DNA from: Bdellovibrionales bacterium
GTDB taxonomy: Bacteria > Bdellovibrionota > Bdellovibrionia > Bdellovibrionales > Bdellovibrionaceae
NCBI GenBank assembly: GCA_031370005.1
Contig: JANMPT010000025.1
Coordinates: 1 to 64,000, forward strand
Reading direction: 5' to 3'
Length of the DNA: 64,000 bases
Shown piece after piece: positions 40,613 to 50,299 of the stretch. The translations under genes were made by a program, and so were the position numbers. Each line of letters starts with the position of its first letter. The first letter of the stretch is position 1. The notes beneath the pieces were generated by a model that did not search any database, was not told the DNA's origin, and saw only the letters and a program-made list of their open reading frames with translations.

Positions 40613-41578
40613 ATGAAAGACAATAAAGGTTTCTCCATTATAGAACTTAGTATTGCCATAGCTCTTTTGGGTATTGTTCTGCTCGCGTTTATGGACGTAA
40701 TGCAATACATGCGCATTATGGAAAACAGGGTTAAAATCCGAGCGGATTCACACACCTCTCAGACCCTGGGAGAGCGCTTTTTATGGATGGGGCTTAAAAA
40801 TGCAGCACCATCTTTTAATAATATTCCAATGCTTGATGACAATGGCTTTAACTTCTATGATCTCAACCGCGATGTCCCTTCGAATTCAATACCTAACGCC
40901 ACTCGAATACTGACTTTAAACTTAATCGGCGGGCAAACCACCTTTTTTGCTCTTTTGAGTGAATCCACTACGGCAAACGTGAGCAGTGGGGCTCCGGAGG
41001 TTATGTTTCTAGATCCTGCTAAGTTTTATCAAATTAATGATTTGGCCGCCCCAGCGGCAACGCCTTTTAATTGGACTTTTTTTAGAAACTATATCCTTGC
41101 ACAAAATCCGAATTTTTTGGCAAAAGCAACACAGGTATTAGAGATTTATGTTCCTTCCACATTTAGAAATATCGGGGCCCCAGTAAGTACAATGCCAAAC
41201 AGCACGAGCTATTTTTTGCGCTGTACGTCTTCTCCAACCCCTTGCAACACTGAAAATTTTGGCGGCATGGTGAGTTTCAAAAATGCTGCGGACAACACGG
41301 TTTCCATTGCCAATTTTGACGACTTCGTAAAAACAATACCGCCAGCCAGCGGAGGAATTCCGCCTATATTAGCTAGAGTGGTGCGCATGGTTCGCTATCA
41401 GTTGCAACCAAAGCCGTCTTACGCTACGGGTATTGGGGATTTATCTTATTCAACTTGGGATGGCGCTGGCTTTACTGCGCCGGTTTTAATTGCCGACCGA
41501 GTTAAACAGGTCGTTCTTCAAAGGCCTAATATCACAGATCCAACGATCACTATTGATTTAACTTTGGAAAAACGCTGA
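40613..41578 (+). CDS. Prepilin-type N-methylation domain protein (PilW-like)
   Basis: NKG|FSIIELSIAIALLG. Confidence 0.85.
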   Translation: MKDNKGFSIIELSIAIALLGIVLLAFMDVMQYMRIMENRVKIRADSHTSQTLGERFLWMGLKNAAPSFNNIPMLDDNGFNFYDLNRDVPSNSIPNATRILTLNLIGGQTTFFALLSESTTANVSSGAPEVMFLDPAKFYQINDLAAPAATPFNWTFFRNYILAQNPNFLAKATQVLEIYVPSTFRNIGAPVSTMPNSTSYFLRCTSSPTPCNTENFGGMVSFKNAADNTVSIANFDDFVKTIPPASGGIPPILARVVRMVRYQLQPKPSYATGIGDLSYSTWDGAGFTAPVLIADRVKQVVLQRPNITDPTITIDLTLEKR

Positions 41579-41599
41579 GGCCTTGGCTAGGGGAAAAGA

Positions 41600-43099
41600 A
41601 TGAAAAAACGAAGTGTTTTAGCAATTTTAATTCTTAGCTCAGCGCAAGTTTTTGCGGCCCAGGTATTGGTTCGTCCGAGTCAGGCCGGAAGAGCCACAGA
41701 TACGATGATTTTTTCAGATCAGGCGACCTCCTTTTCGGATCCTAATATGGGATTTCAGGTGCGCCTGAATGTCTCTTGTTTTCGAACAAATCTTCGAAGT
41801 GTGACAAATCCAATTTCGCCAACAGGGGCCGTAAGATTTGCCTTGAGTTTAAGTTCTGGCAATACTTTTTCGCTGGTATTTCCGGGTTGGTTGGTTATGA
41901 ATACCGGCGCAAATGCACAAGTTGTGACCCCGCCTCCTGTCGCCGTTGCTAACGGCACATATTATCTCACCGCCTCTGTTGATCCCCAGGATGTGCCCTA
42001 TGCGTACCCCGGCCCGGCTCAGCCTGTGCGAACCCGCTCTTTTGGAAACACGCTTATTTTTAACACGCCGGTTGGTTTCGTTTCTGGGGTACCCTTATCT
42101 GCTGCTGGTGACTATACCTACGCAAACTATGCCACTTTGATTCAAAGTGTCACTTTTGTTCAACAGGTTTCGAGTGTTGTTGGCCAGCAGGCAACTATCG
42201 TTAAGCTGGATCAGCCGCCGAGCTTAGCGCCATGGAAATTCCAGAAAATTTTTACGGCGTTAATGAGCCCACTTAACTGGATTTCATGGGGATCAGTTGA
42301 AGAGACTCATGCCGGGGGTGGGCTTCCGCTTATTGAGCCACCAGTTAGTTTAACCCTCTATGAAGACGTCGGATGGTATCAACCGCGCTTTGCCTGGTAT
42401 GCTCAAATAAGCTCGGTGCTGGCGGCAACCCCAGCAAATCCTTCGAATTACGTCCAAACCCCCAGTGTTGTGCAGCAATATATGGGGACGACGGGGCCAC
42501 TTACGGGAAGTTGGCAGGCGACTTGGTCCAACGATTTTAAGGTTTTAAATGTGAACGCATCATTTCCTGGGCAAGTTAATTACTGCGGCGGATTTTTTTC
42601 GCCACTGATGCTGTTTTTTGATTCTAAAGAGCCTCAGTTTAACCGCTTTGTTGATTTCAAAATGAGCAGTTATTCGGACCAAACCTATTGGCCAGAACCT
42701 GAAACTAAAGCCGCCTTTTTGGTGCTAGATAGAAATGGTGATGGGATTATCAACGATGTGACAGAGATGTTTGGCAGTGAGGACAGCTCTTTAAACGGAT
42801 TTGAGCTGCTTGCCGCTTTTGACGAAAACGGTGATGGCGTCATTGATGCAAAGGATCCGGTTTATTCTCAATTGCGCCTTTGGACAGACTCAACAGGAAA
42901 AGCAATCACTCTTAAGAAGGACTTGAAAACTTTGAAAGAGGCCGGGGTCGAGTCCATTTCTTTGAATTACAATAAGTCGGCGGTGCTGCCAATCGACAAT
43001 CGGGCCGAACTCAGGGAGCGTTCATCTTTTACCATGGTAAAAGATGGCAAGAGAACACAAGGTGAAGTCATTGACGTTTGGTTTGCTAACAAAAGGTAA
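41600..43099 (+). CDS. Secreted protein with C-terminal EF-hand (FrpC SPM-like) module
   Basis: Signal VFA; GGFFSPLMLFFD, DRNGDGIIND..EMFG, NGFELLA.FDENGDGVIDAKD..YSQLRLW.D, DVWF. Confidence 0.75.
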   Translation: MKKRSVLAILILSSAQVFAAQVLVRPSQAGRATDTMIFSDQATSFSDPNMGFQVRLNVSCFRTNLRSVTNPISPTGAVRFALSLSSGNTFSLVFPGWLVMNTGANAQVVTPPPVAVANGTYYLTASVDPQDVPYAYPGPAQPVRTRSFGNTLIFNTPVGFVSGVPLSAAGDYTYANYATLIQSVTFVQQVSSVVGQQATIVKLDQPPSLAPWKFQKIFTALMSPLNWISWGSVEETHAGGGLPLIEPPVSLTLYEDVGWYQPRFAWYAQISSVLAATPANPSNYVQTPSVVQQYMGTTGPLTGSWQATWSNDFKVLNVNASFPGQVNYCGGFFSPLMLFFDSKEPQFNRFVDFKMSSYSDQTYWPEPETKAAFLVLDRNGDGIINDVTEMFGSEDSSLNGFELLAAFDENGDGVIDAKDPVYSQLRLWTDSTGKAITLKKDLKTLKEAGVESISLNYNKSAVLPIDNRAELRERSSFTMVKDGKRTQGEVIDVWFANKR

Positions 43100-45410
43100 G
43101 AGCTTTATAAAAGGCAATATAGAGGAAATTCGCGCTTCACCGGCACTGCGAAAATATGGTTTTTTTCTATCATTCATTCACTTTTTCACATTTGCATATT
43201 GGTTTTCTTATGCAGATATCTATAATCTAATCAGCCGGGCGACGCCAGCTTTTTGCCAGCCCTTCTTTCAGTCCTGTGAAGTTTTTCGCTTTGGCACTCC
43301 TGAACTTTGGCGCTGGATTCTTGTGGCCTATTTTTTGGCTGGACTGCTGAGCTCTGCACTGTGGTTAATGGGCTTCATTCGCTGGGCCTATATAGCCGCG
43401 CTGGTACTGTTTCTTTTTAAGTTTTTTATTTATATTCAGGATTATCGTTTAACGGACAGCTATCATTATATTCATTTTCTTTTTCTTTTTCTTTTTTTGT
43501 TCGTTCCCCGAAAGCTCAAAATTATTCCCTTTGCCATTGTTTTAATATATTGGGTGGCGGGAATTCAGCAACTCAATATGGGATTGAGTGGCATAAGATG
43601 GACGACGGCTTATGTTCTTGTTTTGGAATTATTTTTCTCTACTTTGCTGTTAAGCTCAAAGCCCTTCTGGCAAAAGTTCGCACTCATTCAGTTTTTTATT
43701 TTTCATATTTATTCAATCCAATTCGTTGGGCTGTTTTATCCTGCCGTCATGCTTTGTGTACTGAGTATTTTCATTCCTATGTTTAAAGCCAAGAACGCAG
43801 CCCCTGGGTTATCAGAAATTTGGCACTATAAGCCGCATCGCAATTTGGTCTTTCTTTTTATTTTGGCACAGCTCTATCCCGTAGTCCTTCCCGGAAAGGC
43901 GGCCTTAACCGGGGAAGGTCGTTTGCTCGCATTAAATATATTTGCTTCGCGAGCCACCTGTCGCCATAGTTTTGTGGTTGAGATGGGAGCAGGCCGATAC
44001 CAGCAACTTCAGATCCGCACAGAATCAATTGGTGCCGGAATTCGTTGCGAGCCCTATCTTTATCTAGAGTTCGCGCGTCGGCTTTGCGAAGACTTTGCCC
44101 ACGAGGGCAATCCAGCCATAGTGGATATTCATTTGCAGAGTCGGTTGAGCAGCGAAAATAACTTTAGTCCGATTGTGGATCAAAAAAATATCTGTCAAAG
44201 TAAGATTCGCTTTAACCCGCTCTTTAGCAATTCTTGGATTGAAAAAGGTGAACCCGCCACGGAAGAAGTCACTCCGTGGTTTTATCAAAATGCAAAAATA
44301 GAAGCCTCAGATGATATCTTTATGTATCGTGGGGATGCCCAACGCAGCGGAACGGTTTTAACAAAGGAACTCATTCATCCCCTGAGCCGGCCTTTTTGGC
44401 GTAAGCCGAACTGGAATGCCTCCGCTCTCTCTGTAAGTAAAAGTTCAGCAGTTTCCGATGGCAAGGCGGTTTATGTCGGCTCGGATCAAGGATATTTTGC
44501 TGCGGTCGATAGCACCGGGAAAGAGTTTTGGCGTTGGATTATGACAGCTAAAAACGGCGTTCTTGGCAGTGCGCTTATTGCTGGGGATTCCGTTTTCTGG
44601 GGGGACGCTGCGGGGATACTTTATTCAGCACAAAAAAAAACTGGTGCATTAAATTGGCTTTTACCTATAGGGCGAGCCATAGATTCCTCGCCGCTTTATG
44701 ATGATGGCTTTATTTATGTGTCAGTTACCGGCGTCTTCCCAGAGGATGGATTTGTCGCCAAGGTCGATGCGCGTACAGGAAAGCTTTTATGGAAAAGCCC
44801 TTCCCTTGGCGATCAAGTGCAGTCTTCACCAGCGCTTTCTGAAGACGGCAAGCTTGTTTTTGTCGGCTCAAATAATGGGTATCTGACGGCAATAGATAAG
44901 CAAACAGGAAACTTTGTTTGGCGTTATGGGGCAGGTCTAGCAATTAAGGGAACGCCCCTGGTGGCAGCAGGCTCCGTTATTTTTTGCTCCTGGGACCAGA
45001 ACCTGTATCGTTTAAATTCTACTACTGGTGAACTTATTTGGAATGCGCCTCTGGAAAGCGACTGCCAAAGTTCAGCGACCTGGTCAAAAAAAGAAAACGC
45101 AATCTATATAAGTACCTTGGATGGTGCCACATCCGCATTTGATTTTAGTACTGGAAAAGAGCTTTGGCAGCACCAGGGCAGTGGCAGTTTTTTATCTAGT
45201 CCAGTTTTATTGATAAAAAATAGTTTAGAATCCACAGAACAACTTTTGGCGAGTTGTTTTGAGCAGGAGCTTTGTATTTTCAATTCAAAAAATGGTAGTA
45301 TTAAAAGGAAAATAAATCTTGGTGATCGCTTAAGTTCTGTTCCTTGGATAAATAATGGGGAGCTGATTTATACGTTAGATTCGGCGGGGGGGCTTGTTCA
45401 GTGGAAATAA
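43044..45410 (+). CDS. HTTM-like membrane domain fused to PQQ-like (BamB-type) beta-propeller
   Basis: About 8 TM segments with QDYRL, Y..AG, FH..S..VG.FYP, ALTGEGRL; C-terminal MYRGD..RSG and SSP/W propeller repeats. Confidence 0.72.
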   Translation: MAREHKVKSLTFGLLTKGKSFIKGNIEEIRASPALRKYGFFLSFIHFFTFAYWFSYADIYNLISRATPAFCQPFFQSCEVFRFGTPELWRWILVAYFLAGLLSSALWLMGFIRWAYIAALVLFLFKFFIYIQDYRLTDSYHYIHFLFLFLFLFVPRKLKIIPFAIVLIYWVAGIQQLNMGLSGIRWTTAYVLVLELFFSTLLLSSKPFWQKFALIQFFIFHIYSIQFVGLFYPAVMLCVLSIFIPMFKAKNAAPGLSEIWHYKPHRNLVFLFILAQLYPVVLPGKAALTGEGRLLALNIFASRATCRHSFVVEMGAGRYQQLQIRTESIGAGIRCEPYLYLEFARRLCEDFAHEGNPAIVDIHLQSRLSSENNFSPIVDQKNICQSKIRFNPLFSNSWIEKGEPATEEVTPWFYQNAKIEASDDIFMYRGDAQRSGTVLTKELIHPLSRPFWRKPNWNASALSVSKSSAVSDGKAVYVGSDQGYFAAVDSTGKEFWRWIMTAKNGVLGSALIAGDSVFWGDAAGILYSAQKKTGALNWLLPIGRAIDSSPLYDDGFIYVSVTGVFPEDGFVAKVDARTGKLLWKSPSLGDQVQSSPALSEDGKLVFVGSNNGYLTAIDKQTGNFVWRYGAGLAIKGTPLVAAGSVIFCSWDQNLYRLNSTTGELIWNAPLESDCQSSATWSKKENAIYISTLDGATSAFDFSTGKELWQHQGSGSFLSSPVLLIKNSLESTEQLLASCFEQELCIFNSKNGSIKRKINLGDRLSSVPWINNGELIYTLDSAGGLVQWK

Positions 45411-46717
45411 TCCAAAAAATTACAGTGCCAGCTTTGGTTTTCGTGCTACTAACGTCCCTGGGAGCAGTTGCGGGTGAGGCAAAGACGGCGACCTGCTCGT
45501 CTCAAAATGCTGAAAAATTCGTCCAGATGATTAGTATAAAATTTTGGAGAATGATTAAAAATGAACCGGTAACGCTTTACATGATGGATCTTGATAAGTG
45601 TTTTGTGGTCGGGCAAAAAATAGAAATATTTGAAACGAAGGTGGAAAATGGCCAAGTTTATTGGAAGTTTTCCCGGGGAACGGCCAAAGTTCAGAGCATA
45701 GAGAAAATTAACTTTGCGACATATAACAAAAGAGAATTAGGAAAGGCTGTTGGCCAGGAGCTCGAAATCTTCAAAAAAAAACTTATCAAATATACTGGAA
45801 AAAATGGCGCGGAGCTTGAGGCGGCACCTCTTCTTGCATTGACTATCGTACGTGACAAGTTTGAGGATCGGCTGACGGCCTATGGAAGTCCGCGGCGCCA
45901 CCCGGCCGCGAAATCTTTCAATAAAAGAGAGTTTGTAGAGGAACTGAATCAAGGCCATGTTTATGATGTTCGCCCCTTGTCATTAAAGAAAGAGTTTCCT
46001 TTAAATAAGGCAAAAAACTTGGTTTTCACAAATTACGCTTGGGTCACCCAAAAAATTCTTTCACCATTGCAGATAAAAAAAACAAAAGCGAACTTCACGG
46101 GCCTCGTGCTGCCACAGAAAAAAGAAGATCCTGTATATATAATTTCCGGATGCACGGGTGAGTTTTCAGCATACAATGCGCTCACGCTTTTAGCCTCAAA
46201 GGGCTATAAAAACCTTGGATGGTTTCCGGGTGGCATGGCAGAGTTTGGGAAGAAGCCTCATCCCTGCATAACTCCGGATAAATTATCAGAGGCTACGATT
46301 GTACAGGCTGCAAAGGTGCGGGAGCTTATCAAAGAAAAAAATATTTTCATTGCAGACGTCCGAGAACAGGCAAGGTTTACTTTAGTTGGCGCGACCTCGT
46401 TCCCGTTTCTGGAAAAAAGAAATGCACTTTCAATTCCGACCTACCGTGACAAAGTGACTGCGGCAGGGCTTGTCTCGAATAAAGAGATTTATTCGAATGA
46501 GTTCATGTTGTCTATTCCAAAGGAAAGCACGATTCTAATCGTTGGTGACAATGAGTATGATTGGAGAGCCTATAAGGCCGCCATCTTTTTAAAAGCAAAA
46601 GGGGTTAAAAATATTTATTGGTATCGGGATGGCATGGAGGACTGGGCGCAAAAAGTCTTATTTTATCCAGCGGAGTATACTTTAAACAGAAAGACCAAAA
46701 ATGGAGAACTCTATTGA
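45401..46717 (+). CDS. Secreted tandem rhodanese-domain protein
   Basis: Two DVR...AY.A...GY/VKN..W..GM.EF/DW units; signal peptide. Confidence 0.78.
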   Translation: MEIIQKITVPALVFVLLTSLGAVAGEAKTATCSSQNAEKFVQMISIKFWRMIKNEPVTLYMMDLDKCFVVGQKIEIFETKVENGQVYWKFSRGTAKVQSIEKINFATYNKRELGKAVGQELEIFKKKLIKYTGKNGAELEAAPLLALTIVRDKFEDRLTAYGSPRRHPAAKSFNKREFVEELNQGHVYDVRPLSLKKEFPLNKAKNLVFTNYAWVTQKILSPLQIKKTKANFTGLVLPQKKEDPVYIISGCTGEFSAYNALTLLASKGYKNLGWFPGGMAEFGKKPHPCITPDKLSEATIVQAAKVRELIKEKNIFIADVREQARFTLVGATSFPFLEKRNALSIPTYRDKVTAAGLVSNKEIYSNEFMLSIPKESTILIVGDNEYDWRAYKAAIFLKAKGVKNIYWYRDGMEDWAQKVLFYPAEYTLNRKTKNGELY

Positions 46718-47628
46718 AACTCTTTGTAATCGTCATTTTATTAATAGGCGTTCGGGCTCAAGCAAAAGGTCAAGAGCTAGTTTGGATTGTGGCTCCGGCG
46801 ATTTGGAATGGGACAACTCCAGAGCTCGACAAGGGCTTGAAGAATCTCGAAAGATATCTTGAAAAATCATTGGATAAGCCGGTTAAAGTTGAATTGAAAA
46901 CCACCCCTGGCTTTGTCTTAAGTCAGTATCTTAATTTGAAAAAAGAGCTTATAACCAAGCAGCCAGATTATATTTTTTATATTGAGTCCACGCGGTTTTT
47001 TGCAAATGATCTCGAAGAGATTCTGTTGTCGAAGAACCTACCTGAGCAAGCACTTGTGGCAGACAAGTTTTCTGATTTAGAAATTTCTAAGGCACAGCCA
47101 AATTGGGCGAAAACACTTTTTCCAGACACAAGTTTTTTTATGCCAATTAAAAAGGCGCTCTTCATGGACAAGCGTCTCAGAGAGGACTGGGCCCCCGCGA
47201 ATGTACCGAACAATGAGGCCGAACTTTTCCTTAACACAAGCGTGTTCGCTTACGAGCAGCTTCAACATCTTTTAAAAGACAAAAAGCGCCTGGTTTTTCT
47301 TTTTTCTGCGGAGAATCTTCATTATTCTCAAGAAATTTTTTCTGGGACTGAGTTGAAGAGTTCCTTAGCACAGATCTTTTTTAAAGGTGTTAACCTTGAA
47401 TCGGATTTTTTAAAAGAGTTTATTAACTATAGCGTGATTAACTTCAATACGACCTTTCTTCCGCCTGGGTTTAAAAAACTCTCCCGGACTGAATTCCTTA
47501 TGGCGGGCTCAAGGCAAGTTTTGAATTCCGTAGGAGTCCAGCGCAGCTTTCAGATTTTAAAACCGATAATTTCCAGCCATATGAAAGCTGAGGAGAAAAC
47601 AAAATCGCCCGCAAAAACTAAACGCTAA
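46714..47628 (+). CDS. Secreted hypothetical protein (possibly degenerate SGNH-like)
   Basis: TTG start overlapping the previous stop with GGAG RBS; AQA signal; KQPDYIF. Confidence 0.55.
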   Translation: MKLFVIVILLIGVRAQAKGQELVWIVAPAIWNGTTPELDKGLKNLERYLEKSLDKPVKVELKTTPGFVLSQYLNLKKELITKQPDYIFYIESTRFFANDLEEILLSKNLPEQALVADKFSDLEISKAQPNWAKTLFPDTSFFMPIKKALFMDKRLREDWAPANVPNNEAELFLNTSVFAYEQLQHLLKDKKRLVFLFSAENLHYSQEIFSGTELKSSLAQIFFKGVNLESDFLKEFINYSVINFNTTFLPPGFKKLSRTEFLMAGSRQVLNSVGVQRSFQILKPIISSHMKAEEKTKSPAKTKR

Positions 47629-47726
47629 GGCTTAGATCTAGCTGGCAAATGTGTCTGGTGACGGTTGGTGACTAAGAGGAGTTTTGGCGATATCATTTTT
47701 GTATAGAATATTTTTTTGGAGGTCCT

Positions 47727-48386
47727 ATGATTTTTAAGTCTGTTAAAGATGGTTGTTTGCTTGATGCATCTAACAGCATGTACCCGAGTGTTTTAAGGGG
47801 ATTCGACCACGGAGAAGAAAGCTTTTCACTGCCAACAAGTACATATTTTGGCTTCGTGGTAAATGGGAATTATGAGCTTCATCGTCAAAATCAGCACTTT
47901 GCGACACTTCAAACAGGAATGTATTTTTCCGCTACGGGACCTTTTACATTAAAAGGCAAAGGCGAAATGATAGTCATCGAAAGGTTGGGCTATCGTGGAC
48001 TTATGCAATTCGGTGGCCCCGTCGAGGAAGTCGGACGTCTGTGTTACATCGATAACTCCAATACCACGATGATTTTGCCGCCGCCAAGGATGGGCGACCC
48101 TGTTTTTAATCTGCTCGTATTTCCCCCTAAGGTGATACAAACACCACACATTCATCCCACGGTTCGTTTGGGCGTTGTTTATGAGGGCGAGGGAGAGTGT
48201 ATCCTGCCAAATCAAAAGCCATTAGCTTTGAAGCCAGGAATTGCATTTTTGTTAGCAGAAGGAGCAGTTCACTCATTTAATTCTTTTGATAAAAAACTTA
48301 AGATTATTGCATTTCATCCGGATTCAGATACGGGCCCAACGGATGCCTCGCATCCGATGTTGAATCGGACTTATACGAAAATTTAG
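47727..48386 (+). CDS. Cupin-domain protein
   Basis: QTPHIHP.VRLG.V..GEG and H.F metal motif; GGPVEE.GRL.YID. Confidence 0.85.
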   Translation: MIFKSVKDGCLLDASNSMYPSVLRGFDHGEESFSLPTSTYFGFVVNGNYELHRQNQHFATLQTGMYFSATGPFTLKGKGEMIVIERLGYRGLMQFGGPVEEVGRLCYIDNSNTTMILPPPRMGDPVFNLLVFPPKVIQTPHIHPTVRLGVVYEGEGECILPNQKPLALKPGIAFLLAEGAVHSFNSFDKKLKIIAFHPDSDTGPTDASHPMLNRTYTKI

Positions 48387-48709
48387 GCTTTATTTTTTTT
48401 AGCACCGGCTCGTTTTATATTTTCTTGACCGCGAGCCTTTGCATTCGAGCCCACCACGAGTCCATACTTTTTAACAAGTATGGACTGCAGGCTATCGAGA
48501 TTTCGAAAATAGTTAGCCTTTAGATCGCCATAATCAAAGACAATTCCAAAGCGCTCTTCGAAGACATTCACCATCTGAATGACGGAAAAAGAGTCTAAAA
48601 TACCTTCTTCAAAAAGGTCCATCTTGGAGTGAAATTCGCGATCCCTAATGCGCGGGTTTACCTCGCGAATTATTTTTTTCAGGATATTTAAATTAACTTT
48701 TTTTGCCAC
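48383..48709 (-). CDS. Acyl/aminoacyl carrier protein (DltC-like)
   Basis: DLFEEGILDSF phosphopantetheine site; EERFGI. Confidence 0.88.
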   Translation of the reverse strand: MAKKVNLNILKKIIREVNPRIRDREFHSKMDLFEEGILDSFSVIQMVNVFEERFGIVFDYGDLKANYFRNLDSLQSILVKKYGLVVGSNAKARGQENIKRAGAKKNKA

Positions 48710-49265
48710 CGACAGCCTTCCTTTCTCTGTTCATTACCGAGTAGACGCCGAGATTGACGTTTAACTGCAGGTAATTATAGAAGTCATCGACCTGCGATAT
48801 AGAGTGGATTGAATCCAATTTGTCATAAAATTTTTTTAAAAATACTTTTATTCTTTTTAACAAAATTATTTTTTCTTCGGCCACAAAGAGCCAGTATTTT
48901 TTAAAGTTAGTATCACTTATTGGCGTCTTTTGAAGTGCTTCATTGGAAAAGCTTGATTTGATCTCCTCTTTCATGATTTGAATGCTCGTGAGAAGCAAGA
49001 CGGAGACCTCTAGTTTTCTCTTTAAAAGAGCAAGCCTTTCCTGGTCTTTTTTTGTTAAGGTTGGGGAGGCCGTTTGAAAACCCTTTAGCGGATCATAGGT
49101 ATGATAGAGGGGTTTTATTCCGGAGACGTCAAGTTCGGTGCTTAAAGCCTGAACATGAACTCCCTTAAGCGGGGTGAAAAAATTAAATTTAATGCTTTTT
49201 TTCACAAAAAGGACTCGGTCAGTTTTTATATCAGTATAAATGAAAAGCTTAAGTCTTTCTGACAT
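48693..49265 (-). CDS. Hypothetical protein (putative partner of PP-loop enzyme)
   Basis: Overlaps both neighbours; GGAGG RBS. Confidence 0.6.
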   Translation of the reverse strand: MSERLKLFIYTDIKTDRVLFVKKSIKFNFFTPLKGVHVQALSTELDVSGIKPLYHTYDPLKGFQTASPTLTKKDQERLALLKRKLEVSVLLLTSIQIMKEEIKSSFSNEALQKTPISDTNFKKYWLFVAEEKIILLKRIKVFLKKFYDKLDSIHSISQVDDFYNYLQLNVNLGVYSVMNRERKAVGGKKS

Positions 49266-50295
49266 AAGCCTCCAACTCTTCAATTGAATTTACTTGGCGA
49301 AAGTGAGAATCAACAGCGATTCGTTTTTCACTTAAGACATAAGTTTTTTCCAAGCTTTGAATTTTGAGCAAGTCATGCTGCCTTTGGTCCAATGTAAAAT
49401 CCGCGATAAATTTTTTTGCGACATGTTTATAAGATTTCCAGGTATTTTTAATTTTTAGGTCATGATTGTTCAGACTCCACCGCTGAAAGTCTACACTATC
49501 GTAAAAGTGAAGGATGTGACTTCCATATTTCGCTTCAAGGCACCAATCTTTATTTTCATAGAATCGATACTTTACATGCTGCCATTTTTGAGAAAAATTC
49601 AGCCACCAAAAAAAATCATGAGTAGTTTTGATTGGAAATGGGGCCTCGCTGACAATGGGTAAAAAATGCTCGAAAATTTTTCTCCCAGATGTTTTAACCC
49701 CGGTGTAGGCATCAATAACTTGTGGGCAATAATCTAAGTAGTTTTTGCTTAAAATCTCGTCGCCGAGCACTTTACATCCGGAAGCTAAAATGTCAGATCC
49801 AAATAACTGATCGCCAAGTTCGCCTGTAACCAAAAGAGCTTTGTTCGTCATCAACATTTTTGAGATAGGCAGAAGTGAGTTTATTAAATTAAACCGAGAA
49901 ATATACTTATCAAAAAAAGAAGGATTCTCCTCTACAGAGTGATGCGACAGCACGACCGAAATTTTTTTAAGTTCATTTGCAGGCCAGAATTTCAGAACAG
50001 AAGACATCATGTTGGTGCTGTCGATGCCACCACTATAAGCAAACCAATAGTTGTCAAAATTATATTTTAAAAGATTAAGCGCGCGATCCGCGCAGCAGTC
50101 CTCCCATGTTTTGGAAGAGGTCTGTTTGGTCAATTCAGAGATCGGTTCGGCTTGAAGGGAAAAGTTAAAAAGATCCGGTTTATAGGTCAGCCGGCTCACT
50201 GTCTTATCAAAGGGATCAAATAGCACAGCGGATTCTGAAATAATGCTTTTAAGGCTTTGGCTAGTTTTGATGCTGAGACTTAAAAGTTGTTTCAT
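49249..50295 (-). CDS. PP-loop ATPase, asparagine-synthetase-like, no glutaminase domain (paralog 2)
   Basis: YSGGIDST; VTGELGDQLFGS. Confidence 0.78.
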   Translation of the reverse strand: MKQLLSLSIKTSQSLKSIISESAVLFDPFDKTVSRLTYKPDLFNFSLQAEPISELTKQTSSKTWEDCCADRALNLLKYNFDNYWFAYSGGIDSTNMMSSVLKFWPANELKKISVVLSHHSVEENPSFFDKYISRFNLINSLLPISKMLMTNKALLVTGELGDQLFGSDILASGCKVLGDEILSKNYLDYCPQVIDAYTGVKTSGRKIFEHFLPIVSEAPFPIKTTHDFFWWLNFSQKWQHVKYRFYENKDWCLEAKYGSHILHFYDSVDFQRWSLNNHDLKIKNTWKSYKHVAKKFIADFTLDQRQHDLLKIQSLEKTYVLSEKRIAVDSHFRQVNSIEELEAYVRKT

Positions 50296-50299
50296 ATAG

